The notes under the pieces are model-generated. The model was not told where the DNA came from, did no database searches, and saw only the letters and a program-made list of their open reading frames with translations. Made by a program: the position numbers and the translations under genes. Shown here one piece after another: positions 1-8,643 of a DNA stretch of 17,611 nucleotides. Source of the DNA: Nitrospinota bacterium (GTDB lineage: Bacteria > UBA8248); assembly GCA_046581755.1 (NCBI GenBank), contig JAYGFR010000239.1:1-17611 (forward strand), in the 5' to 3' direction. Numbering within the stretch: the stretch's first letter is position 1; every line of letters begins with the position of its first letter.

Positions 1-12
1 AGCGCCTCTCCG
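1..12 (-). promoter_or_regulatory. Possible ribosome-binding site of a divergent minus-strand gene starting just left of the window
   Basis: The reverse complement of 1-12 is CGGAGAGGCGCT, nearly identical to GGAGAGGCGC-ATG in front of the VOC gene at 13599. The start codon would lie outside the window, so this cannot be confirmed. Confidence 0.3.
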
Positions 13-403
13 GGAGCCTGGTTCGTGTATGCGGCGGCTTCCCTGCCGCCTATATGTTTAATATCGTCCACGCGCGGGGGAGTGTATAGTCCTGAATACG
101 AAATTCGTGTCCCTGCTCACAGAGTTGGATGCGATTTTTTAGGATTGGCTTGGAAAGAGCGCGAATAGCGCAAATAATCCTCTGAATCGGGTGGCAAACG
201 CCATACAGGCGGCGTCGAATATTCGTGGAAACGGAGCATGGCGGACGCGGAGTGTGCGCTATCGCGCCATGTGTCCGGTTCCGAACACCTTCGATGGTCC
301 AGGTTCCACCGAAATGGATGGACCCATCCCCGGGCGGAGGCGCGGCCTCCGGGGGAGCGGTCCGGAAATTCTATTGTTCCGCTGAAATCAAAAGGAGGCA
401 GCC

Positions 404-619
404 ATGGGCGCGGGAGATTTTCGGGGCGACGCCGGCCGGCTTGAAGGCCAGATCGAGGAGATGGCCCATGTCGTGTACGGGCTTCCCAAAGACGAAATAT
501 CGAAAACGGTTGCCCGGAACGTGGCGGCCCTGTTGCTCACCCTCTCTTCGGTGAAATTCGAAAAAGAGGAAGAGCCCATCCGGCCCCGGCCGCCCGAGGG
601 AAGACGGGCCGATGGCTGA
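404..619 (+). CDS. Small (71 aa) hypothetical protein, GatC/AtzG-like putative amidase partner
   Basis: A strong RBS (AAAAGGAGG) lies 5 nt before ATG 404. The stop overlaps the amidase start by 8 nt (ATGGCTGA, 612-619), suggesting translational coupling. The helical pattern IEEMAHVVYGLPKDE...LSSVKFEKEEEP resembles the GatC N-terminus. Confidence 0.7.
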   Translation: MGAGDFRGDAGRLEGQIEEMAHVVYGLPKDEISKTVARNVAALLLTLSSVKFEKEEEPIRPRPPEGRRADG

Positions 620-1970
620 GGCGTGGAGGCTGACCCTGAGCGAGGGGCTGGACCGGATGGCGGAGGGTTCGCTTTCGGCCGCCGATTGGACGCGCTCGTT
701 GCTCGGGCGGATCGACGCCCTGGACGATCGCGTGAAGGCCTGGATGCAGGTGGACCGCCAGGGCGCTCTCGCCGCCGCCGAGAGGGCGGACGCCGCGCGG
801 GCCGGGGGCGAGGCGCTGGGGCCTCTTGCCGGAGCGCCCTACGCCGCCAAGGATATTATCGACATCAAGGGCCTGCGGCGGGAGGCCGGCTCCCCGCTCT
901 ATGCGGGCTACGTGCCCGAGGAGGACGCCGCCTGCACCGGGCGGCTCAGGGAGGCCGGAGCGGTCGCGCTGGGCAAGACGGTGACTACCCAGTTCGCCAA
1001 CGGCGATCCCTCGATCACCCGGAACCCCTGGAATCTAGAAAGGAGCCCGGGCGGTTCGAGCAGCGGGTCGGCGGCGGCGGTGGGCGCGGGGATGGTGCCC
1101 GCCGCGCTGGGGAGCCAGACCACCGGCTCGACGCTGCGGCCGGCGGCTTTTTGCGGGGTGGCGGCCCTGAAGCCCACCTATGGGCGGATTCCCCGGAACG
1201 GGATCGTGAAGGTTTCCTGGAATTTCGATCATCTGGGCATCATCGCCCGCTCGATCGAGGACATCGCCCGGCTGCTCGAGGTGGCCGCGGGTCCGGACCC
1301 CGGAGATCACGGCGCGCCCGATGTCCCGGTGGAGAGCTATGCCGCGGCCTCGTCTCCCAGAAAGCCCGCCCGCGCCCTGTTCTACAAGAGCGACTTCATG
1401 CCCCGGGCGAGCGGTGAGGTGGCCGAGCGGATAACGGCGGCGGCCGCGCTTTTAGAGGAAAACGGCGTGCGGGTGGAGGAGGGGAGGCTTTCCCTCGATC
1501 TGGACCAGATCCACGCCGCGCATTTTCTGGCCAGATGCGTGGATTCGGCCACCTACCACGAGGACATGTTTATCGAAAACGCGGACGACTATGCGCCCGC
1601 CGTCCGAAGGACGGTGACGACGGGGTTCATGGTGCCCGCCGTCCATTATCTCAAGGCGCTGCGCCTCCAGGCCCGGTTCACCGAGGCGATGGACGCGGTC
1701 TTCGAGAGCTATGACATCGTGATTTTGCCCACCCAGGTCGAGGGGCCGCCGCCGCGGGAGGAATCCACTGGAAGTACCCTCTTCAACGAGCAGCTCACCT
1801 TCTCGGGCCATCCCGCCCTGACCCTCCCGGTGGGACGCGGGGGGGATGGTATGCCGCTCGGCATCCAGCTCGGAGGCCGCCGGTTCGGAGAGGTGGACCT
1901 GCTCGCCGCCGCGAGGTGGTGCGAGGAGGAGCTGGGCTGGCGCGCCGAGATCGCAGATGTGGCGGGGTAA
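612..1970 (+). CDS. Amidase-signature family amidase (GatA/AtzE-like superfamily), 452 aa
   Basis: Catalytic triad motifs are present: AAK80DII, PGGS149SSGSAAAV and GSQTTGS173. RPAAFCGV, KPTYGR and the C-terminal MPLGIQL also match. No gatB is adjacent, so it is probably not GatA. Confidence 0.95.
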   Translation: MAEAWRLTLSEGLDRMAEGSLSAADWTRSLLGRIDALDDRVKAWMQVDRQGALAAAERADAARAGGEALGPLAGAPYAAKDIIDIKGLRREAGSPLYAGYVPEEDAACTGRLREAGAVALGKTVTTQFANGDPSITRNPWNLERSPGGSSSGSAAAVGAGMVPAALGSQTTGSTLRPAAFCGVAALKPTYGRIPRNGIVKVSWNFDHLGIIARSIEDIARLLEVAAGPDPGDHGAPDVPVESYAAASSPRKPARALFYKSDFMPRASGEVAERITAAAALLEENGVRVEEGRLSLDLDQIHAAHFLARCVDSATYHEDMFIENADDYAPAVRRTVTTGFMVPAVHYLKALRLQARFTEAMDAVFESYDIVILPTQVEGPPPREESTGSTLFNEQLTFSGHPALTLPVGRGGDGMPLGIQLGGRRFGEVDLLAAARWCEEELGWRAEIADVAG

Positions 1971-2054
1971 TTGGGACACTTCGCCGAGTAGAGGGGGGCG
2001 GAGTAATTGGGACGCTTCGCCGGGTAGAGGGCGGGGCGGTTGGGACGCTTCGCC
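1961..2054 (+). repeat. Three tandem 25-nt imperfect palindromic repeats (REP-like)
   Basis: Units: 1961-1985 GGCGGGGTAATTGGGACACTTCGCC; 1997-2021 GGCGGAGTAATTGGGACGCTTCGCC; 2030-2054 GGCGGGGCGGTTGGGACGCTTCGCC. The linkers are GAGTAGAGGGG and GGGTAGAG. Confidence 0.9.
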
Positions 2055-2077
2055 GGAATCCGGGAGGCCGGCGGTGG

Positions 2078-3652
2078 TTAACGGTCGCGCAGCACCCGCC
2101 GCAGGATTTTTCCGCTGGCGGATTTGGGAATCTGATCGATAAACTCCACCTCGCGGATCTCCTTAAAAGTGGCGACCTTTCCCCGGATGAACGCCATGAT
2201 GTCCCCGGCCCCGGCGGTCTCGCCTTCTTTTAAAACGACATATGCCTTGGGAATCTCCCCGGCCTCCTCGTCGGCCTTGCCCATGACGGCGGCGTCCGCC
2301 ACGCGGGGATGCCGGTGAAGCAGGGCCTCGAGTTCGGCCGGCGCGATGGAAAACCCCTTGTATTTAATCATCTCCTTGAGGCGGTCCACGATGTAGACGT
2401 ATCCGTCCTCGTCGATGCGCACGATATCGCCCGTGTGGAGCCAGCCGCCCCGGAGCGCGCGGGCGGTCTCCTCGGGCGCGTTCCAGTAGCCCTGCATGAT
2501 CTGGGGCCCCCGCACGATCAATTCCCCCACCTCCCCGATCGGCAGCTCGCGCTCGCCGGTTTCGATGTCCACCACCTTTTGCTCCAAATCCGAAACGGGG
2601 AGGCCGATGGATTCCTCCCGCACCCACTCCTCCTCCAACGGGTTCATGTGGGTGACGGGGGAGGTCTCGGTCAGCCCGTAGCCCATGAAGGTGAGGCACC
2701 CGGTTTTTTGCTGCGCCAGCCGCCGGACCTCGGGCGGCAGGGGGGCCGCCCCGCTCATGATGTAGCGCAGGGAGGAGAGATCGTAGCTCTCCGTCTTCGG
2801 GTGGTGGGCGATGGCGAGCAGGGCGGGCGGCACGGTGTGAAAAAGGGTGAGGCGGTGGCGCTGGACGAGTTCGAGGGCGTCCTCCACGTCGAAGCGGCGC
2901 ATCAGGACCTGCTTGGCCCCGGCGAGGATGAGCCCGCCCATGATCATGGTGCCGTATATGTGGTAGAGGGGCAAAAAGTTCAGGCCCGCGTCCTCCGCGC
3001 CGAGCCGGTGGTTGTGCACGAACTGGTGGTAGTTCCGCACCAGATTCCGGTGGGTGAGCATCACGCCCTTGGGCCGCCCCGTCGTGCCGCTCGAATAGGG
3101 CAGGGCGACGAGGTCCCGGGCCTGATCGATGGGGGGCTCCTCGGGCGGTCCGGGCGGCTCGGCCGCGAGCCAATCGCCGAATTCCAGGCATCCCGGCGGC
3201 GCTTCTCCCTCGGTAATGATGATCTCGGCGAGGCCGGGAAGGCTCTCCCGCACCTTCTCGGCGGTGGCGGCGAGGGATGAGTGGACGATCAAGACCTTCG
3301 CGCCCGAGTCTTCGAGCTGGTAGCGGATTTCCTCTTCCTTGTAGGACGGGTTGAGGGGGGTGAGAATCGCGCCGGCCTTGGAGCCGCCGAAGAAGGAGAT
3401 TTCGAATTCCTCCGAATTCGGAACGAGCAGGGCGACGCGGTCCCCCTTCCGGACGCCGAGCCGGGCGAGCCCCCGGGCGCAGGCGTTCGAGCGCTCCTCG
3501 AGATCGCCGAAGGTCAGCTCCCGCTCCCCGTCCACCAGCGCCGTTTTGTCCGGATAGCGCGCGGCGGACCCGCGCAGAAGGCCGTGAAAGGGATACTCGG
3601 GGTAATCGAGGGGAGGCCGCAGATCGACCGGCGGTTTTGGCGGTCTCGTCAT
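2078..3652 (-). CDS. AMP-forming acyl-CoA ligase (long-chain fatty acid / 4-coumarate-CoA ligase-like), 524 aa
   Basis: Motifs: P-loop YSSGTTGRPKG, LPLYHIYG, SGAAPL, GYGLTE, GWLHTGD, IVDRLKEMIK and PKSASGKILRR. A GGAGGG RBS lies upstream. Confidence 0.95.
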   Translation of the reverse strand: MTRPPKPPVDLRPPLDYPEYPFHGLLRGSAARYPDKTALVDGERELTFGDLEERSNACARGLARLGVRKGDRVALLVPNSEEFEISFFGGSKAGAILTPLNPSYKEEEIRYQLEDSGAKVLIVHSSLAATAEKVRESLPGLAEIIITEGEAPPGCLEFGDWLAAEPPGPPEEPPIDQARDLVALPYSSGTTGRPKGVMLTHRNLVRNYHQFVHNHRLGAEDAGLNFLPLYHIYGTMIMGGLILAGAKQVLMRRFDVEDALELVQRHRLTLFHTVPPALLAIAHHPKTESYDLSSLRYIMSGAAPLPPEVRRLAQQKTGCLTFMGYGLTETSPVTHMNPLEEEWVREESIGLPVSDLEQKVVDIETGERELPIGEVGELIVRGPQIMQGYWNAPEETARALRGGWLHTGDIVRIDEDGYVYIVDRLKEMIKYKGFSIAPAELEALLHRHPRVADAAVMGKADEEAGEIPKAYVVLKEGETAGAGDIMAFIRGKVATFKEIREVEFIDQIPKSASGKILRRVLRDR

Positions 3653-3686
3653 CGGGGGCGGCCCTCCACCCGGGGGGTGCGGCGCC

Positions 3687-5363
<1,677 letters not shown>

Positions 5364-5427
5364 CGCATGGCCTCCCGATTTCGCCCGGCGGCGCGCGCAG
5401 GACGGCTAGAGATAAGATTTTATAAGA

Positions 5428-5805
5428 TCAGGGCTTGTCGCCCGGTTTCCAATCCGGATTACTGGGCCACTCCTTGATGATTCCTTCCATGTTTTCGCCG
5501 TAGCGGACCCGGAAGAGCAAGGTGCGCTCGGGGCCGTTGGTGTATTCGTGCATCTCGCCCGGCGGGTGGACGATGAATCCGCCCGGCACGGCCTCGGCGG
5601 TCTCTTCCGGCGTTTTCATGGTTCCGCCCCCCTGGAAGCAAAAATAAATCTCCGTGCAGTTCGGATGGGCGTGATAGGGGCTGACGTGGCCCGGCTCCCA
5701 CCAGGCGATCGTGGTGTCCCCCTCGCCGAAGCGCCCGAGGACTTTCTCCACATGCCGTTTGGGATTGAACTCCTGCTCATCCAGCAAACTGAATACGTGC
5801 ATCAT
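5428..5805 (-). CDS. Cupin-domain protein (monocupin), about 125 aa
   Basis: Cupin motif 1 (PGHVSPYHAHPNCTEIYFCFQG) and motif 2 (GGFIVHPPGEMHEYTN) give a complete 3-His/1-Glu metal site. The start could be 5805 or 5802. Confidence 0.88.
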   Translation of the reverse strand: MMHVFSLLDEQEFNPKRHVEKVLGRFGEGDTTIAWWEPGHVSPYHAHPNCTEIYFCFQGGGTMKTPEETAEAVPGGFIVHPPGEMHEYTNGPERTLLFRVRYGENMEGIIKEWPSNPDWKPGDKP

Positions 5806-5847
5806 AGCCCTGCCGTGGCGCCGGAATCAAACGCGAAATCGCCGGCC

Positions 5848-7209
5848 TCAAGAGCCGCCGAACGCTTCGCAGATGGCGGCCATGTATTTGGCCCCCTCGA
5901 TAAGGTGATCGATCTTCAAGTTTTCGTTGGCGCTGTGGGTCCGGGCGGTGATGAAGCCGACTCCGGTGCCAACGAGCGGAATGCCCAAATGGCGGATGAT
6001 CATCCAGGTGGGCGTGCTGCCGGTCCCGAAAGGGTTGATCACCGCCTCCTCGCCGCACGCCCGGCGGGATGCCGCCTGGCAGGCCTTGACCACATCGCTC
6101 TCGGGGTCGCTTTTGGCCGGGAGCGATTGGAAGAGAAGCTCGACCTCGATGTCCTCGAAACCGTGCTGGTCCAGGTGGCGGCGCACGCAGCCGCGGATCT
6201 TCTCGGGGTCCTGGTCCACCACGAGGCGGCAGTCCAGCTTGGCGCGCGCCCGGCCCGAGACGATGGTCTTGACCCCCTCGCCGGTGTAGCCCGCGTCCAG
6301 CCCGGCGATGTTGAACGATGGGTTCGTGAGATGGCGCCGGGGGAGCTCCTCGTCGGACAGATCGAGGGCAATCCGCCGGAGCTCGAATTTTTTTTTCCGC
6401 GCCTCGGTGTCGTAGGGCTTCATGCGCCGGACAAGCTCTTCTTCTTTTTCGGTGAGCGGGGCCACGTCGTCGTAGAACCCCTCGACGAGGACCTTTTCAT
6501 CGGCCCCCTTCATGGAGGCGAGCGCCCAGGTCAACCGCCAGGCGGCGTTTTCGTAGATTTGCGCTTGGCTGCTGTGAAAATCCACGTTCGCCGTGCGGCA
6601 GGTGAGCTCGAGGTAGCAGAGCCCCTTGTTGCCCAGGGAGAGAACCGGCACGTCTTCCCGGAAGGTGTCCTCCCAGATGCACCCGTCCGCCGCGAGCAGG
6701 TCCTTGTTCGCCTCGATGAAGGGAAGCAGGGAGGTGCTGCCGATCTCCTCCTCGCCTTCGATGATGTATTTGATCGAGCAGGGGAGCTCCCCGCGTACGG
6801 CGAGGAAAGCCTCGAAGGCGGCTAGGCGGCTCATGATGTTGCCCTTGTTGTCGGTGGCGCCGCGCGCGATGACGTGGCCGTCCACGATCCGGGCCTCGAA
6901 AGGCGGGCTCGCCCACTCGCCGATCGGCTCGGGGGGTTGAACGTCGTAGTGGTTGTAGAAGAGCAGGGTCTTCGCGCCCGCGCCGGCGAGGCGGCCCGTC
7001 ACGATGGGGTGGCCCTCCGTTGGGTGGGCCTCGGCTTCCAGCCCGGCCCGCTCCAGGCGCCTCCGGACGAGGACGGCCATCTCCTCGATGCCGGTGTGAA
7101 CGGTGGAGACGCTCGGCTGGCGGCACAGTTCCTGGAGATCGGAAACGATCTCATCGGCATGATCGTCGATATGCCGGAAGACGGCGTCCAGATCGCCCGC
7201 TGCGTTCAT
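5848..7209 (-). CDS. M20/M25/M40 family metallopeptidase (ArgE/DapE/dipeptidase-like), 453 aa
   Basis: Motifs: YNHYDVQP, ARGATDNKG, IEGEEEIGS, DFHSS and THSANE. I place the start at ATG 7209 (MNAAGDLD) behind an AAGGAG RBS, not at 7410 as in the ORF track. Confidence 0.93.
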   Translation of the reverse strand: MNAAGDLDAVFRHIDDHADEIVSDLQELCRQPSVSTVHTGIEEMAVLVRRRLERAGLEAEAHPTEGHPIVTGRLAGAGAKTLLFYNHYDVQPPEPIGEWASPPFEARIVDGHVIARGATDNKGNIMSRLAAFEAFLAVRGELPCSIKYIIEGEEEIGSTSLLPFIEANKDLLAADGCIWEDTFREDVPVLSLGNKGLCYLELTCRTANVDFHSSQAQIYENAAWRLTWALASMKGADEKVLVEGFYDDVAPLTEKEEELVRRMKPYDTEARKKKFELRRIALDLSDEELPRRHLTNPSFNIAGLDAGYTGEGVKTIVSGRARAKLDCRLVVDQDPEKIRGCVRRHLDQHGFEDIEVELLFQSLPAKSDPESDVVKACQAASRRACGEEAVINPFGTGSTPTWMIIRHLGIPLVGTGVGFITARTHSANENLKIDHLIEGAKYMAAICEAFGGS

Positions 7210-7292
7210 GGCGAAACTCTCCTTTGCGCGGCGTTGGCTTTGCACGGGGTGCGTGCCCGCGGGGAATTTGTAATTAATCAGGCCATGGAGAT

Positions 7293-7321
7293 ATGATGCA
7301 CCATCATTTCCATAAATGGAA
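7293..7321. promoter_or_regulatory. Two abutting palindromes in a divergent promoter region (putative operator)
   Basis: ATGATG-CAC-CATCAT (7293-7307, fits T-N11-A) is directly followed by TTCCAT-AA-ATGGAA (7308-7321). Both sit in an AT-rich stretch between the divergent starts at 7209 and 7398. Confidence 0.45.
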
Positions 7322-7397
7322 TCGGCCATGGGAAACCGGCGGCGGCGCGAATTGGGGTGCCGTTTTCCGTGTCCCGGCCCAAGAGGGAGATCGAGCG

Positions 7398-8573
7398 ATG
7401 CCCGACGCACCTGCCAACAATACCTGGTTCACCTATTTTCCCAAGGACTACCGCTGGTCGGCCGCGATCTGCGGCATGCTGACGGGCGCCCAGTTCGGCG
7501 CCACCGAGATCGGGGAGCTCGATCAGGTGGGCCGGCGGCTCGCCAAGAAGTTGGGTGACGATAACCATTGGTTCCGCGAATGGGTGCGGATGGCCGACCG
7601 GGTGCGCGAGCTGGGCCGCGCGGCGGAGCGCAAAAAGCAAAACCTCTCGGCCGCCTCCCACTACAAGCGCGCCTGCAACTACTACCAGATGGCCGAGCGC
7701 TTCCGCACGCCCAAGGACAAAAAGGCGCTCGACGCCTACCGCAAGGGGGTGAACTGTTTTCAGCGCTTCGCGCGCCTGACCGACCGGCCCAAGATCGAAA
7801 CCGTGGAGGTTCCCTTCGAGGGGCGCAAATCGCTCCCCGGATACTTCGTCCACGCCGAAAACACCCGAAAGGCCAGGCCGCCCGTCGTCGTGTTCTTCGA
7901 CGGCCTCGATGTCACCAAGGAGCTTCAGTACATGCGCGGGGTGGAGGATATCGTCCGGCGGGGGATGAGCGTTCTCATCCTGGACGGCCCGGGCACCGGC
8001 GAGGCGATACGCTTCCGGAAGATCTACCTGCGCCACGACTATGAGACGGCCGGCTCGGCTGCGCTGGATTATCTCGAAGGCCGCAAGGACGTGAACGCGA
8101 AAAAGGCGGGTGTCATGGCCATCAGCCTGGGCGGCTACTATGCGCCCCGCATCGCCAGCATGGAGCGCCGCTTCAAGGCCTGCCTCGCCTGGGGCGCCAT
8201 CTGGGACTACTATGCCACCTGGGAAAAGCGCATCGACCAGGCCTTCAAGACCGAGCTCTCCGTGCCGGGCCATCATCTCGAATGGATTCTGAACGCCAAG
8301 AACATCGATGACGCCCTGGCCAAGCTCGATGGATTCCGGCTCGACGGCGTGGTGCAGAAGATGCGCTGCCCCTTCCTCCTCACCCACGGGGCGGACGACA
8401 AGCAGATTCCCAGGCGGGACGCCCGCGCCCTGTTCAATGCGGTGGGCTCAAAGGACAAGACGTTCAAGCTGTTCACCGTGGAGGAGGGCGGCGCCCAGCA
8501 TTGCCAGCGCGACAACCTCTCGATCGGCACCACCTATATGTTCGATTGGCTCAAGGAAAAACTCGGGGCCTGA
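7398..8573 (+). CDS. Alpha/beta hydrolase, 2,6-dihydroxypseudooxynicotine hydrolase/FrsA-like (paralog 1), 391 aa
   Basis: An N-terminal helical region (RACNYYQMAE) precedes VEVPFEG, FDGLDVTKE, DGPGTGE, the nucleophile elbow AISLGG, HGADD (acid) and GGAQHCQ (His). The start is ATG 7398 after a GAGGGAG RBS. Confidence 0.9.
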   Translation: MPDAPANNTWFTYFPKDYRWSAAICGMLTGAQFGATEIGELDQVGRRLAKKLGDDNHWFREWVRMADRVRELGRAAERKKQNLSAASHYKRACNYYQMAERFRTPKDKKALDAYRKGVNCFQRFARLTDRPKIETVEVPFEGRKSLPGYFVHAENTRKARPPVVVFFDGLDVTKELQYMRGVEDIVRRGMSVLILDGPGTGEAIRFRKIYLRHDYETAGSAALDYLEGRKDVNAKKAGVMAISLGGYYAPRIASMERRFKACLAWGAIWDYYATWEKRIDQAFKTELSVPGHHLEWILNAKNIDDALAKLDGFRLDGVVQKMRCPFLLTHGADDKQIPRRDARALFNAVGSKDKTFKLFTVEEGGAQHCQRDNLSIGTTYMFDWLKEKLGA

Positions 8574-8643
8574 TTCTTTACTTTATTTATCACCTCATTC
8601 GGCGGGGCGGCCCCGGCCGCTTCCGCCATCTGGAGAGCGAGCG

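Noticed and set aside
33..62. Hairpin GGCGGC-TTCCCT-GCCGCC followed by TATATGTTT as an intrinsic terminator
   Set aside because: The U-tract is weak, and the region appears to lie upstream of divergent genes rather than downstream of a + strand gene.
191..210. GGCAAAC motif suggesting a c-di-GMP-I riboswitch, and CAGAG...CTCTG (120-184) suggesting a glycine riboswitch
   Set aside because: The other conserved elements are absent: the GAAA-capped P2 and GCAAAG for c-di-GMP-I, and CCGAAG and CUYUCAGG for glycine.
191..554. ORFs 191-385, 225-554 and 238-444
   Set aside because: They have no recognisable motifs and atypical composition, and two of them overlap the better-supported 404-619 ORF.
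1961..2054. Possible mini CRISPR array
   Set aside because: The linkers are only 8-11 nt and resemble each other, the repeats are degenerate, and there are no cas genes or AT-rich leader.
7241..7260. Sigma-54-like GGCACG...TGCA on the minus strand
   Set aside because: The GG-to-GC spacing is 12 nt rather than the required 10.
7293..7397. His-rich N-terminal extension (MMHHHFH...) of hydrolase 1, and the 7210-7410 extension of the M20 ORF
   Set aside because: The two extensions overlap each other in the divergent promoter region. Good RBSs sit at 7398 and 7209, and homology with paralog 2 begins only after 7398.
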